Shown here: positions 1-10,700 of the stretch, in pieces
How positions within the stretch are numbered: position 1 is the stretch's first letter
Layout: each line of letters starts with the position of its first letter
NCBI GenBank assembly: GCA_043228905.1
Contig: JBHGNT010000356.1
Coordinates: 1 to 32,118, forward strand
Length of the DNA: 32,118 nucleotides
Source: Azolla caroliniana
Taxonomy: Eukaryota > Plantae > Polypodiophyta
Direction: 5' to 3'
The notes under the pieces: generated by a model
The model's database searches: none
What the model saw: only the letters and a program-made list of their open reading frames with translations
Told to the model about the DNA's origin: nothing
Made by a program: the position numbers and the translations under genes

Positions 1-257
1 AACAATAATACTCAGTCTGTGTACATAAGACGTGCTTAGTGAACACTTTTATACAAGTCCTGGAAGGACTGACCAAAGTACTGACAGTACTTCAATGCTC
101 ATTAAGAGCTCCTACACTAACTCCCAAATATATTCCTTACGGAATATCTTTCCTAACGACCTCCCGGTGTATGCACTCGGCCTAACTGATCGGTCCCAAC
201 CGATCCGGTCCTCGGCTTCTTCAGCCGATCGGCCGATGTTGAGCTTGTCTCTCAACA
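1..257 (-). mobile_element. Partial LTR (5' or solo) of an unidentified LTR retrotransposon inserted into the 5' LTR of element A; continues off the left edge
   Basis: Minus strand starts TGTTGAG at 257 and has a TATA-like TATAAAA near 47-53. Similarity to the A/B LTR begins abruptly at 258. No PPT is adjacent. Confidence 0.6.
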
Positions 258-397
258 ATATCTGTAAAAATGTTTTCTGAGTAAGCCTATTGAGGCTATA
301 TTTGTAAATAGCCCTAAGTTCATATAAGTATAAATATGACTTAGGGCAATCACTTGTGTTGTTGCATTTGTTGTTGTCATATTGTTGTAACTATTGT

Positions 398-448
<51 letters not shown>

Positions 449-697
449 TTACGAGCACTCTCTGTTGTAACCGTCGTCTGGCGAAGATCGCGAGCATGAG
501 GTTGTTGCCTTTGTGTCTCCACTTTGTATTTCCTCTGATATAGTGATAGTTGGAATCCGTGGGCTCCTGTGGTTTTTCCCTATTAGGGTTTTCCACGTAA
601 ACATCCTGTGTCATTTCTGTGTACGCTCTTGTTCATTCCCATTTCTGTGATTCAAGACTCGGTTGTGGCCAAGCGATATTCCGCGCTATTCTTCACA
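258..697 (+). repeat. 5' LTR of element A (5' part displaced by the insertion at 257/258)
   Basis: Ends ...CTTCACA directly before aac-TGGTATCAGAG. Homologous to the A 3' LTR and the B LTRs. Contains TATAAAT and the GGGTTTTCCACGTAAA motif. Confidence 0.9.
401..445. repeat. (GA)n microsatellite, ~22 units, inside the LTR of A
   Basis: Directly visible. Confidence 0.98.
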
Positions 698-700
698 AAC

Positions 701-711
701 TGGTATCAGAG
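701..711 (+). promoter_or_regulatory. tRNA-iMet primer binding site of A, interrupted by a solo LTR
   Basis: TGGTATCAGAG; the next PBS base (C) resumes at 1137 after the insertion and TSD. Confidence 0.9.
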
Positions 712-1131
712 TGTTAAGAGTCTATTACTAATCAATAGACCAAACTAAAGTAAAAGAAGGAAAATAGAATGGATAGAAGAACCTGTTCCACCCGACCCCC
801 CCCGAGCTATGATCTGGACATAGGCAACCTACCACCGACGTCCCATACTGCCAGATATTAGGATGACTAATACCTTGGAAGAGATAAACACGATCATTGA
901 GACGAAAGCCTAGTCTGCACCACCGGTGTCTAAGACAACAACCTTCCGACGTAATGTGATTATGAGGGTAACTAAGCCTCATATTTATACCTTTTCCTAG
1001 GCCTCTTGAATAGATGTGCCTTTCTAAAAGGTTCTCCATTCATTGGTTGTCCAAATCATGATAGTGCATGCACTTATCATTCCTTCTATCCAATCATGAC
1101 CTACCCTCACCAACGTTATGTGTACATAACA
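712..1131 (-). mobile_element. Solo LTR (420 bp)
   Basis: Termini TGTTA...TAACA. 5-bp TSD CAGAG (707-711) / TAGAG (1132-1136). Strand inferred from TATAAAT on the minus strand near 983-989. Confidence 0.85.
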
Positions 1132-1151
1132 TAGAGCAAATAAGACAGGAA

Positions 1152-4100
1152 ATGGAAGAGTCGTTCAACGGCATGTTCAAGCTCACCGGCTCCAACTACT
1201 CAGTGTGGAAGTCGAAGATGAGGGACATGCTAGTGGTTAAAGATCTTTAGTTGCCGGTTCAGTTCAGGGACAAGAGACCGGATAAGATCGATGTCGCGAC
1301 ATGGGAGGTGATGCACATGAAGATGACGACATACATCCGGTGCTTCATCGACATGAGCCTGTAAAACAACTTCAATGAAGAAAGTAAGGCTCATGAACTC
1401 TGGGAGAAGATCGACATCATGTTCTAGAACATGAATGTTGTTAATTGGGTTTCGGTATTCCAGAAGCTAGTGAGGTTCCAGTACCAGGATGGTTCCAGTA
1501 TGGTGGAGCACATGAATGCCTTCCAGGGGCTGATACACAAAGCAACCTCGTTGGAAGTACCTCTTGCCGATGAGGTACTCACATTGGTCCTACTCAGTTC
1601 CCTCCTAGATAGCTAGGAGATGTTAGTTGTCATGTTGGGCAACGCCAGGCTGGAAGGAAAACAATTGTCCCTAGCAAGGGTAAAATCAAGCTTGCTAGAT
1701 GAAGAAGCTCACCGGAAGAACCGGGAGTCCGGAACCGATCCGAAGGCCTTCGTCACGGAAGATGATCACAACCGGGGAAGAGGCCGATATCGGAGTCCCC
1801 AAAACTGGGACAAGTCGGGGACGAGGTCGAAGTCAAGGGGGAGGCCCACGAGCTTCTATTGTAGGAAGCCGGGACACTTCAAGAAGAATTGTCGGCACTT
1901 CTGGAAAGAGAAAGAAACCGGCACTACCGATTCAAAGAAGAGTTCGGACCGAAACAGTTCGGACCATAGAGGCCCAGATCGGAAAGGAACGTCGACAATC
2001 GCGGCAAGTGAAGAGGAACTGATGCTCATTACCGAGGAGAATGAGTTAAACATTGTCGGCGATGAGACAATGGGGGTTGTCGACTTCAGAGCGTCATTCC
2101 ACTTGACCCGGATCAGAAATGCTTCTCATCCTACACAGCCAGAGATCATGGTTGTGTTCGGATGGGGAATGAAGGTACATGCCTAATTGTCGGCATAGGA
2201 GATGTGTTGTTGAAGAAACCAACCTGATGCAAGTTGTTGCTGAAGGATGTTCGACACGTTCCAGAGGTTCGACTGAACTTGATATCAGTCGGTCGGCTAG
2301 ATGATGAAGGTTACACGGGTAGCATCTGGAACAGAGTCATGAAGTTTTGCAAAGGGAGCCTAATAGTGGCTCGAGCCTGGAAGGTCAACACACTGTATCT
2401 TATGCATGCCCGGATATGCTTGGAAGAAGTGAACGTAGCATCTGACACTACCGGTGAGCTGTGGCACAAGAGGTTGTGTCACATGAGTGAGAAGGGGATG
2501 AAGAGACTTGCCGATGACAATCTCATTACGGTGAAGGACGTGCATCTTGAGAAGTGCATCGATTGCTTGGCCGGCAAGCAAAACCGAACCTCCTTCCAGT
2601 CAAGACCACCAATGAGACAGAATGCACCATTGGAGCTGGTGCATACCGATGTGTGTCAAGTGGACACGAAGTCACATGCCGGCTCGTAGTACTTCGTGAA
2701 GTTCATAGACGACCACATCCAGAAGTTGTGGGTCTCACCATTGAAGACGAAGGATCATGTGCTATCCGTCTTCAAGGAGCTCCACGTGAGAGTGAAAAGA
2801 CAAACCGACCGGAAGCTGAAGGCGGTTCGAGCAGATAACAGAGGAGAATACCGGGGACAATTCGAGGAGTACTACCGGTTGAAGGGAATCCGGCTCTAAT
2901 TTACCATGCCGAAGATGCCGGAACTAAACAAGTTGGCTGAACGGATGAATCGGACCATAATGGAGAGAGTCCGAAGCATGCTAGCACATGCCAAGTTACC
3001 CAAGACGTTCTGGGTTGAGGCGTTGACGACGACGACCTATGTGATAAACAGATCACCCTCAACACCCTTGGAAGGAGACTTATCGTAGAAAGTATGGACC
3101 GGTAAAGATGTATCCTACCGGCATCTAAAGGTGTTCGGATGTCTCACCTACGTGCATGTGGCGAAGGACAAGAGAGCAAAGCTGGATTCGAAGTCTCGGC
3201 CATGCATATTCCTTGGATACGGCGATGATGAGTTCGGTTACTGGGTGTGGGATCTGGTCGACAAGAAGGTGTTCCGGAGTCGGGACATAGTCTTCATGGA
3301 AGACAGGACCATTGCCGACTGGGAGTCGGAGAAGAAGATGATCAACTACGGATCATCCAATGAAAACCGGCCTAAGGACACAAAGACCTACCTGGTTGAA
3401 AACCAGATGTTAAGCCGGTAACCGGATGACACTCGACGAATCGGCCGGATACGGACAAGAAACCAAACCGACCGAAGAAGAAGAAGAAGAAGAAGACACC
3501 GGAACCGGACAAGATCTTGAATCGGATTTGGATGAGGAAGAAATAGAGGAAGTGGTAGTCAGAAACCAAGGACGAAGATATCCTCTTAGAGAGAGAAGAG
3601 CCCCGTGGAGATTTCCGGATGCAGAGCACGTGTTGCTAACCGATGAGGGCGAGCCAGAAAGCTTCAAAGAAACAAAGAGAAACACCCACAACCGCAAGTG
3701 GTTGAGTGCCATGCAGGACGAGATGGATTCCCTGCATGAGAACCACACATATGAATTGACGGAGTTGCCGAAAGGGAAGAGAGCACTCCAAAACAAGTGG
3801 GTGTACAAGATGAAACCGAGAGATGTCAGAAATCCACCAAGGTATAAGGCCTGAATCGTGGTGAAGGGCTTCCAGCAGAGGAAAGGAGTGGACTTCGATG
3901 AGATCTTGCCCCGGTAGTAAAGATGACATCCATCTGGACGGTATTGGGCATAACGTCAAGCATGGACCTCGAGGTAGAGAAACTTGACGTGAAGATGACA
4001 TTCCTCCATGGTGACCTCGAAGAGGAGATCTACATGCATCAACCGGAAGGATTTGAGAAGAAAGGGAAGGAGCACTTGGTGTTCCGCATGAAGAAGAGAT

Positions 4101-5221
4101 TATATGGACTGAAGCAAGCTCCCCGACAATGGTACCGGAAGTTCGACTCCTTCATGACCGACCAAGGGTACCATAAGACGTAGGCCGATCACTGCATATT
4201 TGTGAAGAAATTTGATGGAGGAAATTTCTTGATACTCCTCCTATATGTGGATGATATGTTGATTGTTGGACGAGACCAAGGCATGATTCAGATGCTGAGG
4301 AAGGTTCTGAACTAGACCTTCTCAATGAAAGACTTGGGGCCTGCAAGACAGATATTGGGAATGCACATCATCCGGGACCGGTCGAAGAAGCTGTTGTGGT
4401 TGTCACAGGAGAAGTACGTGACAAAGGTGCTTCAACGGTTCAACATGTTGAATGTGAAATTGGTCGGATCGACACTTCTGGAAAACTGCAAGCTGTCCGG
4501 AAAACAAAGCCCGAGGACAAAGGCGGAGAAGACGGATATGATGAAGATTCCATATGCCTCTGCCGTCGGAAGCTTGATGTATTCGATGGTATATACTCGA
4601 CCGGACATCGGATATGCGATCGGAGTGGTAAGCCGGTTCATGAGCAATCCCGGAAGAGAGCACTGGAACACGGTCAAGTGGATACTCCGGTATCTGAAAG
4701 GCACCTCGAGTATGTGCCTTTGGTTCAGCTCCGGTAATCCCCAACTTGACGGATTCATAGATTCGGATATGTCGGCTGATGCGGATACCAACCGGTCGAC
4801 ATTTGGATATGTCATGACTTATGCAGGGGGAGCTGTTTCATGGCAGTCGAGGCTGCAAAAGATGGTTGCGTTGTCAACCACAGAGGCAGAGTACATGGCA
4901 GCTGTAGAAGCCGACAAGAAGATAATCTGGATGAAGGACTTCATCGAAGAGCTAGGAATCCAACAGGAGGAATACCGGCTCTACTGCGATAGTCAAAGTC
5001 TCATCCACCTTGCAAAGAATGAGGCCTACCATTCCTGGACGAAACATATCCAGTGGAGGTACCACTGGATCTGGGAAAGAGTAGAAGATCAAGATTTTGT
5101 GCTGACGAAGATCCACACGGAGGAGAACGGGTCGGATATGTTGACTAAGGTGTTGACACCCAACAAGCTGGACACATGCCAAAAGCGGATTAAGCTTGCG
5201 AGACATCCCATGCCAGAGTGA
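1152..5221 (+). pseudogene. gag-pol polyprotein of copia element A, with many stops and frameshifts
   Basis: MEESFNGMFKL gag start, degenerate zinc knuckle, LWHKRLCHMS, ELVHTDV, RADNRGEY, LYGLKQAPRQWY, LLYVDDML, ALSTTEAEY, NGSDMLTK. Confidence 0.95.
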
Positions 5222-5230
5222 AGGGGGAGA
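5220..5230 (+). promoter_or_regulatory. Polypurine tract of A
   Basis: GAAGGGGGAGA, 1 nt before TGTTGGG. Confidence 0.9.
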
Positions 5231-5231
5231 T

Positions 5232-5447
5232 TGTTGGGAAATTGGTCCCTCCGGATGGGATCTGGTGATGAATAAAGAGGACCCGGTGAGAACCGGAAGA
5301 GAGAGCCGGGGAGAATAAGAAGTAAGCCTATTGAGGCTATATTTGTAAATAGCCCTAAGTTCATATAAGTATAAATATGACTTAGGTCAATCACTTGTGT
5401 TGTTGTATTTGTTGTTGTCATATTGTTGTAACTACTGTACAGAGAGT
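5232..5447 (+). repeat. 3' LTR of A, truncated at its microsatellite and lacking a U3 segment present in the 5' LTR
   Basis: Starts TGTTGGGAAATTGGTCCCTCCGGATGGGA. Matches the 5' LTR until the AG tract; the rest is absent. Confidence 0.9.
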
Positions 5448-5903
5448 GATAGAGATAGATAGATAGATAGATAGATAGATTATATTATCATCTTCGGAGG
5501 TCAAATATGACCTATGAGACCAAAAATATTACATTTCACGTGATACGTGTGAAAGTGAGTAGTGACTCTCGATGTTCAAGAGCTTTACCAATGAATGTTG
5601 CAATCGAGAGTGCACATTGTGGTTGTGAGAGGAATTCATGCAAAGATTGGGCTCGATCAAAGAGATGTGGAAAGCATGGTCGAAGATGATCAAAGGCAGA
5701 GCATTGTATCAAAGTGTGATACTCAGACTCGCGAACTTGTTTAGGGCAAAGTGTGCATAACCGACCACTCTCATCACTTGTTCCCCAACACCCTGTTTCA
5801 CATCGCAATGCATGTGAGCTAAGTCGCATGGAAGCAATTCTAGGAAGTCGATGTGAGGGACTTTTTTGAACCTTAAGCATGTATTCAACAACCCTTTCCA
5901 AGG
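5448..5903 (-). mobile_element. 5'-truncated non-LTR retrotransposon (LINE, RTE-X-like) 3' end with (TCTA)n tail
   Basis: ORF2 C-terminal motif RLSSHALRCETGCW...RLCTLC...ESEYHTLIQCSAFDHLR (CX2C-H-C finger), stop at 5536, short 3' UTR, then (AGAT)7 at 5453-5480. Confidence 0.8.
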
Positions 5904-6189
5904 GTATGTTGTCGTGGGTATGGATCACTTTGATCCCAAGGAAGTAATGAAGGTCCCCCAAGTCCTTCATTTCAAATGCAATCGACAGCTATGACTTCAC
6001 GTGGCCGATTTCAGCAAGTCCGGAACCAGTAATGACTAGATCGTCCACATATAGCAAGATACATAATGGAACTTCCGGACCTTTCCATATGAATAACGAC
6101 GAGTCGGACTTGGACGCAGCAAACCCCATCTTATGCAACTAGTGTGTGATTTTCGAATTCCAACCTCGGGGAGCTTGCTTCAAGCTTCA
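5904..6189 (-). pseudogene. Copia element D, RT core fragment (continuation of 16754-18045)
   Basis: LKQAPRGWNSKI...SKSDSSLFI...LLYVDDLVITG...FEMKDLGDLHYFLGI; collinear with ...NKLAVC*L at 16755. Confidence 0.9.
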
Positions 6190-6473
6190 AGATATGCATG
6201 GAAATGTATGTGAGGACCTATCGGTTATGCTCAACAAACAACACAAAAGGAGGGCAAGAAGATATAGACAGATGATAGACACACAGATAAAGCTTTAATG
6301 GAAGCTCTCTTTATTTCTGTTATCTCTCTCTCTCTCTCATAGACTCGATGTACAAGATGATCAAGTGTTCTCTCTTTAAAATGTTAGATTATCGCTTATA
6401 TACTAAGCCCTAACCCTTTAGACGAGTTCACACTAGGATACAAATTGGAAGGAGTTGGCCTTTTATGGCAATA
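6190..6473 (-). repeat. 3' LTR of C (PPT AGGGGAG at 6476-6482)
   Basis: Aligns to 16478-16753 at roughly 90% by eye; terminal ~8 bp lost. Confidence 0.9.
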
Positions 6474-6684
6474 AACTCCCCTGTAAAAGTACTACTCTTT
6501 CCTACATGTACATGTGTTTGGGGTTATCTCCCCTGTAAACCTAGATTACAATACTAATCTAAATTTATGCTACAAGTAGGTCGGCATATAGCTGAGTCGA
6601 CAGAGGTGAGGTTTGTGTCGAGCCTAGCTTGGCTCATTATCATGATTGATTCGGTCGACTCTTACCTTCTGTTCCTCATTCGGC

Positions 6685-7064
6685 TTACTTTTGCTCGATC
6701 ATTTGTCGCAGTCCCATCTTTGTCCTTAGTTCTCCGAAGCGTTGATTTGGGAGTGGCTTCGTCCGGCAATCAACGATGTTCACCTCGGTGTCAATCTTCC
6801 AGACTTCGAGCTTCTTCTCAGTTATGAGCTCCCGGATGTGATGATACCACACCAGAATATGCTTTGTCTTTGCGTGATAAACAAGATTGTTGATGAGGTG
6901 TATTGCGCTCTGTGAGTCACAATAGATGGTAGGCATTGGTCGGTCGATTCGGCCTGTAGCTAAAAAGTTGGCAGAGAGTCGGTGCAACCAGATCGCTTCC
7001 TTCGCTGCCTTAGATGTTGCTATGTACTTAGCCTCCGTGGTTGACAGAGCCATAAATTCTTGAA
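6685..7064 (-). pseudogene. RNase H C-terminal part of element C pol
   Basis: LQEFMALSTTEAKY...IYCDSQSAIHL...YHAKTKHI...NIVDCRTKPL. Confidence 0.92.
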
Positions 7065-7069
7065 GTTTG

Positions 7070-7710
7070 TGTTGGGATTTCGGTCCCTCCGGATGGGATG
7101 TCCCCGGAGATAAATGACGGCAAGCCCGGTTGCGGTTACGGAACCGGATGATGAAGAGTACCCGGATACGGATCCGGATGATGAAGACCCCGGTTACGGA
7201 GCCGGATGACAAAGAGAAGACCCGGCCACGGAGCCGGATGATGAATGTACCCGGAGAGAGATCCGGATGCGGGGACATATTTGTGAATATGTTTGCCAAG
7301 GGCCCTTGTGGCTATATTTGTAAATAGCCCGAAAGTCATATGTATATAAATATGACTTAGGGCAAACAGTTTGGTTGTTGTTGCTCATTTTATGTTCTAG
7401 TCGAGAGAGCGGAGTGAGAGCAGCCGAGAGAGAGAGAGAGAGAAAGGAAGAGGTCGACGCCTCTGTGTATTGCCGCCGCCTGTGGCGAAGACAGTGAGCT
7501 CAAGGTTGTTGCCTTGAAGCTTCACCATTGTACATCTCTGTGTATAGTGTGAGTTGGAGTTTGAGGACTCCCGTGGTTTTTCCCATTTAGGGTTTTCCAC
7601 GTAAAATATCCTGTGCACTCTTCTCTCTGTAGTCTTGGAGCATTTCGTGTTTTCCTGTTTTCTGTGATTTGATCCTATTTCTCGGTTGTGGCCGAGCGCT
7701 GGGTACGACA
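7070..7710 (+). repeat. 5' LTR of B
   Basis: TGTTGGG...GTACGACA; matches 11824-12464. Confidence 0.98.
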
Positions 7711-7713
7711 AAC

Positions 7714-7725
7714 TGGTATCAGAGC
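7714..7725 (+). promoter_or_regulatory. tRNA-iMet primer binding site of B
   Basis: TGGTATCAGAGC, 3 nt after the LTR. Confidence 0.97.
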
Positions 7726-7740
7726 ACGGTAACACAGAAA

Positions 7741-10700
7741 ATGGAAGGCGGCAGCAGCGGGCAGCCGGGAATGATGGTGCTGAATGCGCAGAACTACGCC
7801 GACTGGAAGATCAAGATGGAGGATCTTTTGATTGTTCGGGACCTGTACGAACCGATTGACAGGTCGGAAATACCGAAGGGGGTACTTGAGACGGAATGGA
7901 GGCTACTGAACCGGAAAGCCGTTGCAACCATTCGGCAATACGTCGACGTGAGCGTCTTGCAACATGTGGCGAACGACACCAACGCATACGAGATGTGGCG
8001 GAAGCTGTCGGGCCTCTACGAGAGGAAGAATGCGTTGAACCGGACCTCCCTGATGAGAAAGATAGTGAACCTCAAGTACCGGGACGGCGAGAGTATGGTG
8101 GAACACGTAAGCACGTTCATGGGATTCGTGAACCAGCTTGCGGCGATCAAGTTCCCGTTGGAGGATGCAATGCAAGCCATCATCCTGATGTGTACATTGC
8201 CGGACAGCTGGGAGAACTTGGTGGTGACTCTCAGCACCTCCTGCACCGAAGATAACTTGTCTCTACAAACGGTAAAGACAAGTATCTTGAACGAAGAAGC
8301 GCGTCGGAGAGATAAAGAACCGGCCTCCGACTCGAAGGCGCTGCTTACCGAATCGGAACGGGGAAGACAATGGAACCGGAGTCCGCAAAGACGGGAGAAG
8401 TCGGGGACCCGGTCGCAGTCAAGAGGAAGACCCACATGCTTCCACTGTGGGAAGCCGGGGCACTTCCGGAAGAATTGTCGGCATTACCGAAAGGACAACG
8501 GAGCCGACGACACCGATTCGAAGAAGTCACCGGAGAGAAACGGTGCATACAGGGGAGCCACGGACCGGAGAGGTTCGGATCGGCGAGGGCAGGACCGGAG
8601 AGGAACGACAGCACTCGCGGCAAGTGAAGAAGAGATAATGCTCATTACCGAAGAGAGGGAGCTGAACCTTGCCGGAGAAGAGATGACCTGGGTGGTCGAT
8701 TCCGGAGCGTCGTTCCACCTGACCCCGGAGAAGAAATACTTCTCATCCTACACAGCCGGTGAGCATGGCTGTGTCCGGATGGGAAATGAAGGTACGTGCC
8801 GGATTGCCGGCATAGGAGACGTGTGGCTGATGACATCAACCGGATGCAAAATGCTGCTGAAGGATGTTCGACACGTTCCGGAGGTTCGATTGAACCTGAT
8901 TTCGGCTGGGAGGCTAGACGATGAAGGCTACACGGGTAGCATCCGGAACGGTGTCATGAAGTTCAGCAAGGGGAGTCTGATAGTGGCTCGGGCCCGGAAA
9001 GTCAACACACTGTACCTGATGAATTCCCGGCTATGTCCGGAAGAGCTGAATGTGGCAGCCGACACTGCCGGTGAGCTGTGGCACAAGAGACTGTGCCACA
9101 TGAGTGAGAAGGGGATGAAGAGGCTTGCAGAAGACAACCTTATTCCAGTGAAGCATGTGCACCTGGAGAAGTCACCGACTGCCTGGCCGGTAAGCAAAAC
9201 CGGGCCTCCTTCCACTCAAGGCCACCGACGAGACGTAGTGCACCATTGGAGCTGGTGCATACTGACGTGTGTCAAGTAGAAACGAAGTCACATGGCGGAG
9301 CCCAGTACTTCGTAACATTCATAGATGATCACAGCCGGAAGCTGTGGACGGCACCGTTGAAGACAAAGGACCAAGTATTGTCCGTCTTCAAAGAACTCCA
9401 CGCGAGAGTGGAAAGGGAATCCGGCAAGAAGCTGAAAGCGATACGAGCGGATAACGGAGGGGAATATCGGGGGCAGTTCCAGGAGTACTGTCGCTCGAAG
9501 GGAATCCGGCTCGAGTTTACAGTGCCGAAGACGCCGGAACTGAACGGGCTGGCCGAGAGGATGAACCGGACCATAATGGAGAGGGTCCGGAGTATGCTGG
9601 CACATGCGAAATTACCCAAGGGGTTTTGGGCTGAGGCAATGTCGACGGCGACATACGTGATAAACAGATCACCCTCAGTACCTTTGGACGGAGACACGCC
9701 GCAGAAAGTGTGGACCGGTAAGGAAGTGTCCTACCGGCATCTGAAGGTGTTCGGGTGTCTCGCATACGTGCATGTGGCAAAGGACCGGAGAGGAAAGCTA
9801 GATCCAAAGACCCGGCCATGCATATTCCTCGGTTACGGCGACGACGAGTTCGGCTACCGAGTATGGGACCCGGTCGACAAGAAGATATTCAGGAGTCGAG
9901 ATATCATCTTCATGGAGGACAAGACACTCGCCGACTGGGAGTCGGAGAAGAAGATGAAGAGCTCCAAGTCGACCGGTGAGGATCAACTCTACAAGGAGCA
10001 GTCCCGACCGGCAAGAGACCGGTTAGCACTCGAGGATCCGGCCGAAGACGGTGAAGAAGCAGAACCGGCCGAAGAAGATGAAAATGATACCGGAACCGGC
10101 CCCGATCCCGAAATGGATTCGGATGAAGAAGAATCGGAAGAACCGGTTACCGAAGCTCCGGAACGGAGATATCCTCTAAGAGAGAGAAGGGCCCCCCGGA
10201 GATTTCCGGAACCAGAGCACGTGCTGCTAACCGACGAGGGGGAGCCGGAGAGCTTTGAAGAAGCGAAGCATGACACCCATAGCCGCAGGTGGTTAAGTGC
10301 CATGCAGGACGAGATGGATTCCCTGCATGAGAACCACACATATGAACTTGTGGAGTTGCCGAAAGGAAAACGGGCACTCCGTAACAAGTGGGTGTTCAAG
10401 CTGAAACCGGGAGATGCCGGAAAACCCCCAAGATACAAAGCCAGGATCGTGGTGAAGGGGTTCCAGCAGAAGAAGGGCGTCGACTTCGACGAGATATTTG
10501 CCCCGGTAGTGAAGATGACCTCCATCCGGACGGTGCTGAGCATAGCGGCAAGCATGGACCTCGAGATAGAACAGATGGACGTGAAGACGGCATTCCTTCA
10601 CGGTGACCTCGAAGAAGAGATCTACATGCAGCAACCGGAAGGATTCGAGAAGAAAGGGAAGGAGCACCTGGTATGCCGATTGAAGAAGAGCCTTTACGGA

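Larger units (their letters stand above)
258..5447 (+). mobile_element. Element A: degenerate Ty1/copia LTR retrotransposon (Tnt1/Tork-like), both LTRs incomplete
   Basis: Order LTR-PBS-gag-PR-IN-RT-RH-PPT-LTR. 280-400 is repeated at 5321-5441. Confidence 0.95.

Noticed and set aside
237-257. TGTTGAG-n7-CTCAACA mini inverted repeat as a tiny element
   Set aside because: No TSD; more simply the start of the minus-strand LTR.
712-1131. Cassandra-type 5S-derived TRIM or a MITE
   Set aside because: No 5S A/C-box similarity seen; TG..CA ends, 5-bp TSD and only a 5-bp terminal IR fit a solo LTR.
5536-5970. 144-aa ORF as a novel RT/zinc-finger fusion gene
   Set aside because: It is a chance in-frame junction of a copia RT fragment and a LINE 3' end, with stop codons upstream in the copia part.
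6685-7299. 204-aa ORF (and the similar 11466-12053 ORF) as real genes
   Set aside because: Antisense read-through of B's GC-rich U3 repeats; the first runs into C's RNase H across the insertion junction.
9165-9280. Programmed ribosomal frameshift in element B
   Set aside because: The shift falls inside the integrase zinc finger and A and E have the extra base; no slippery heptamer is evident.
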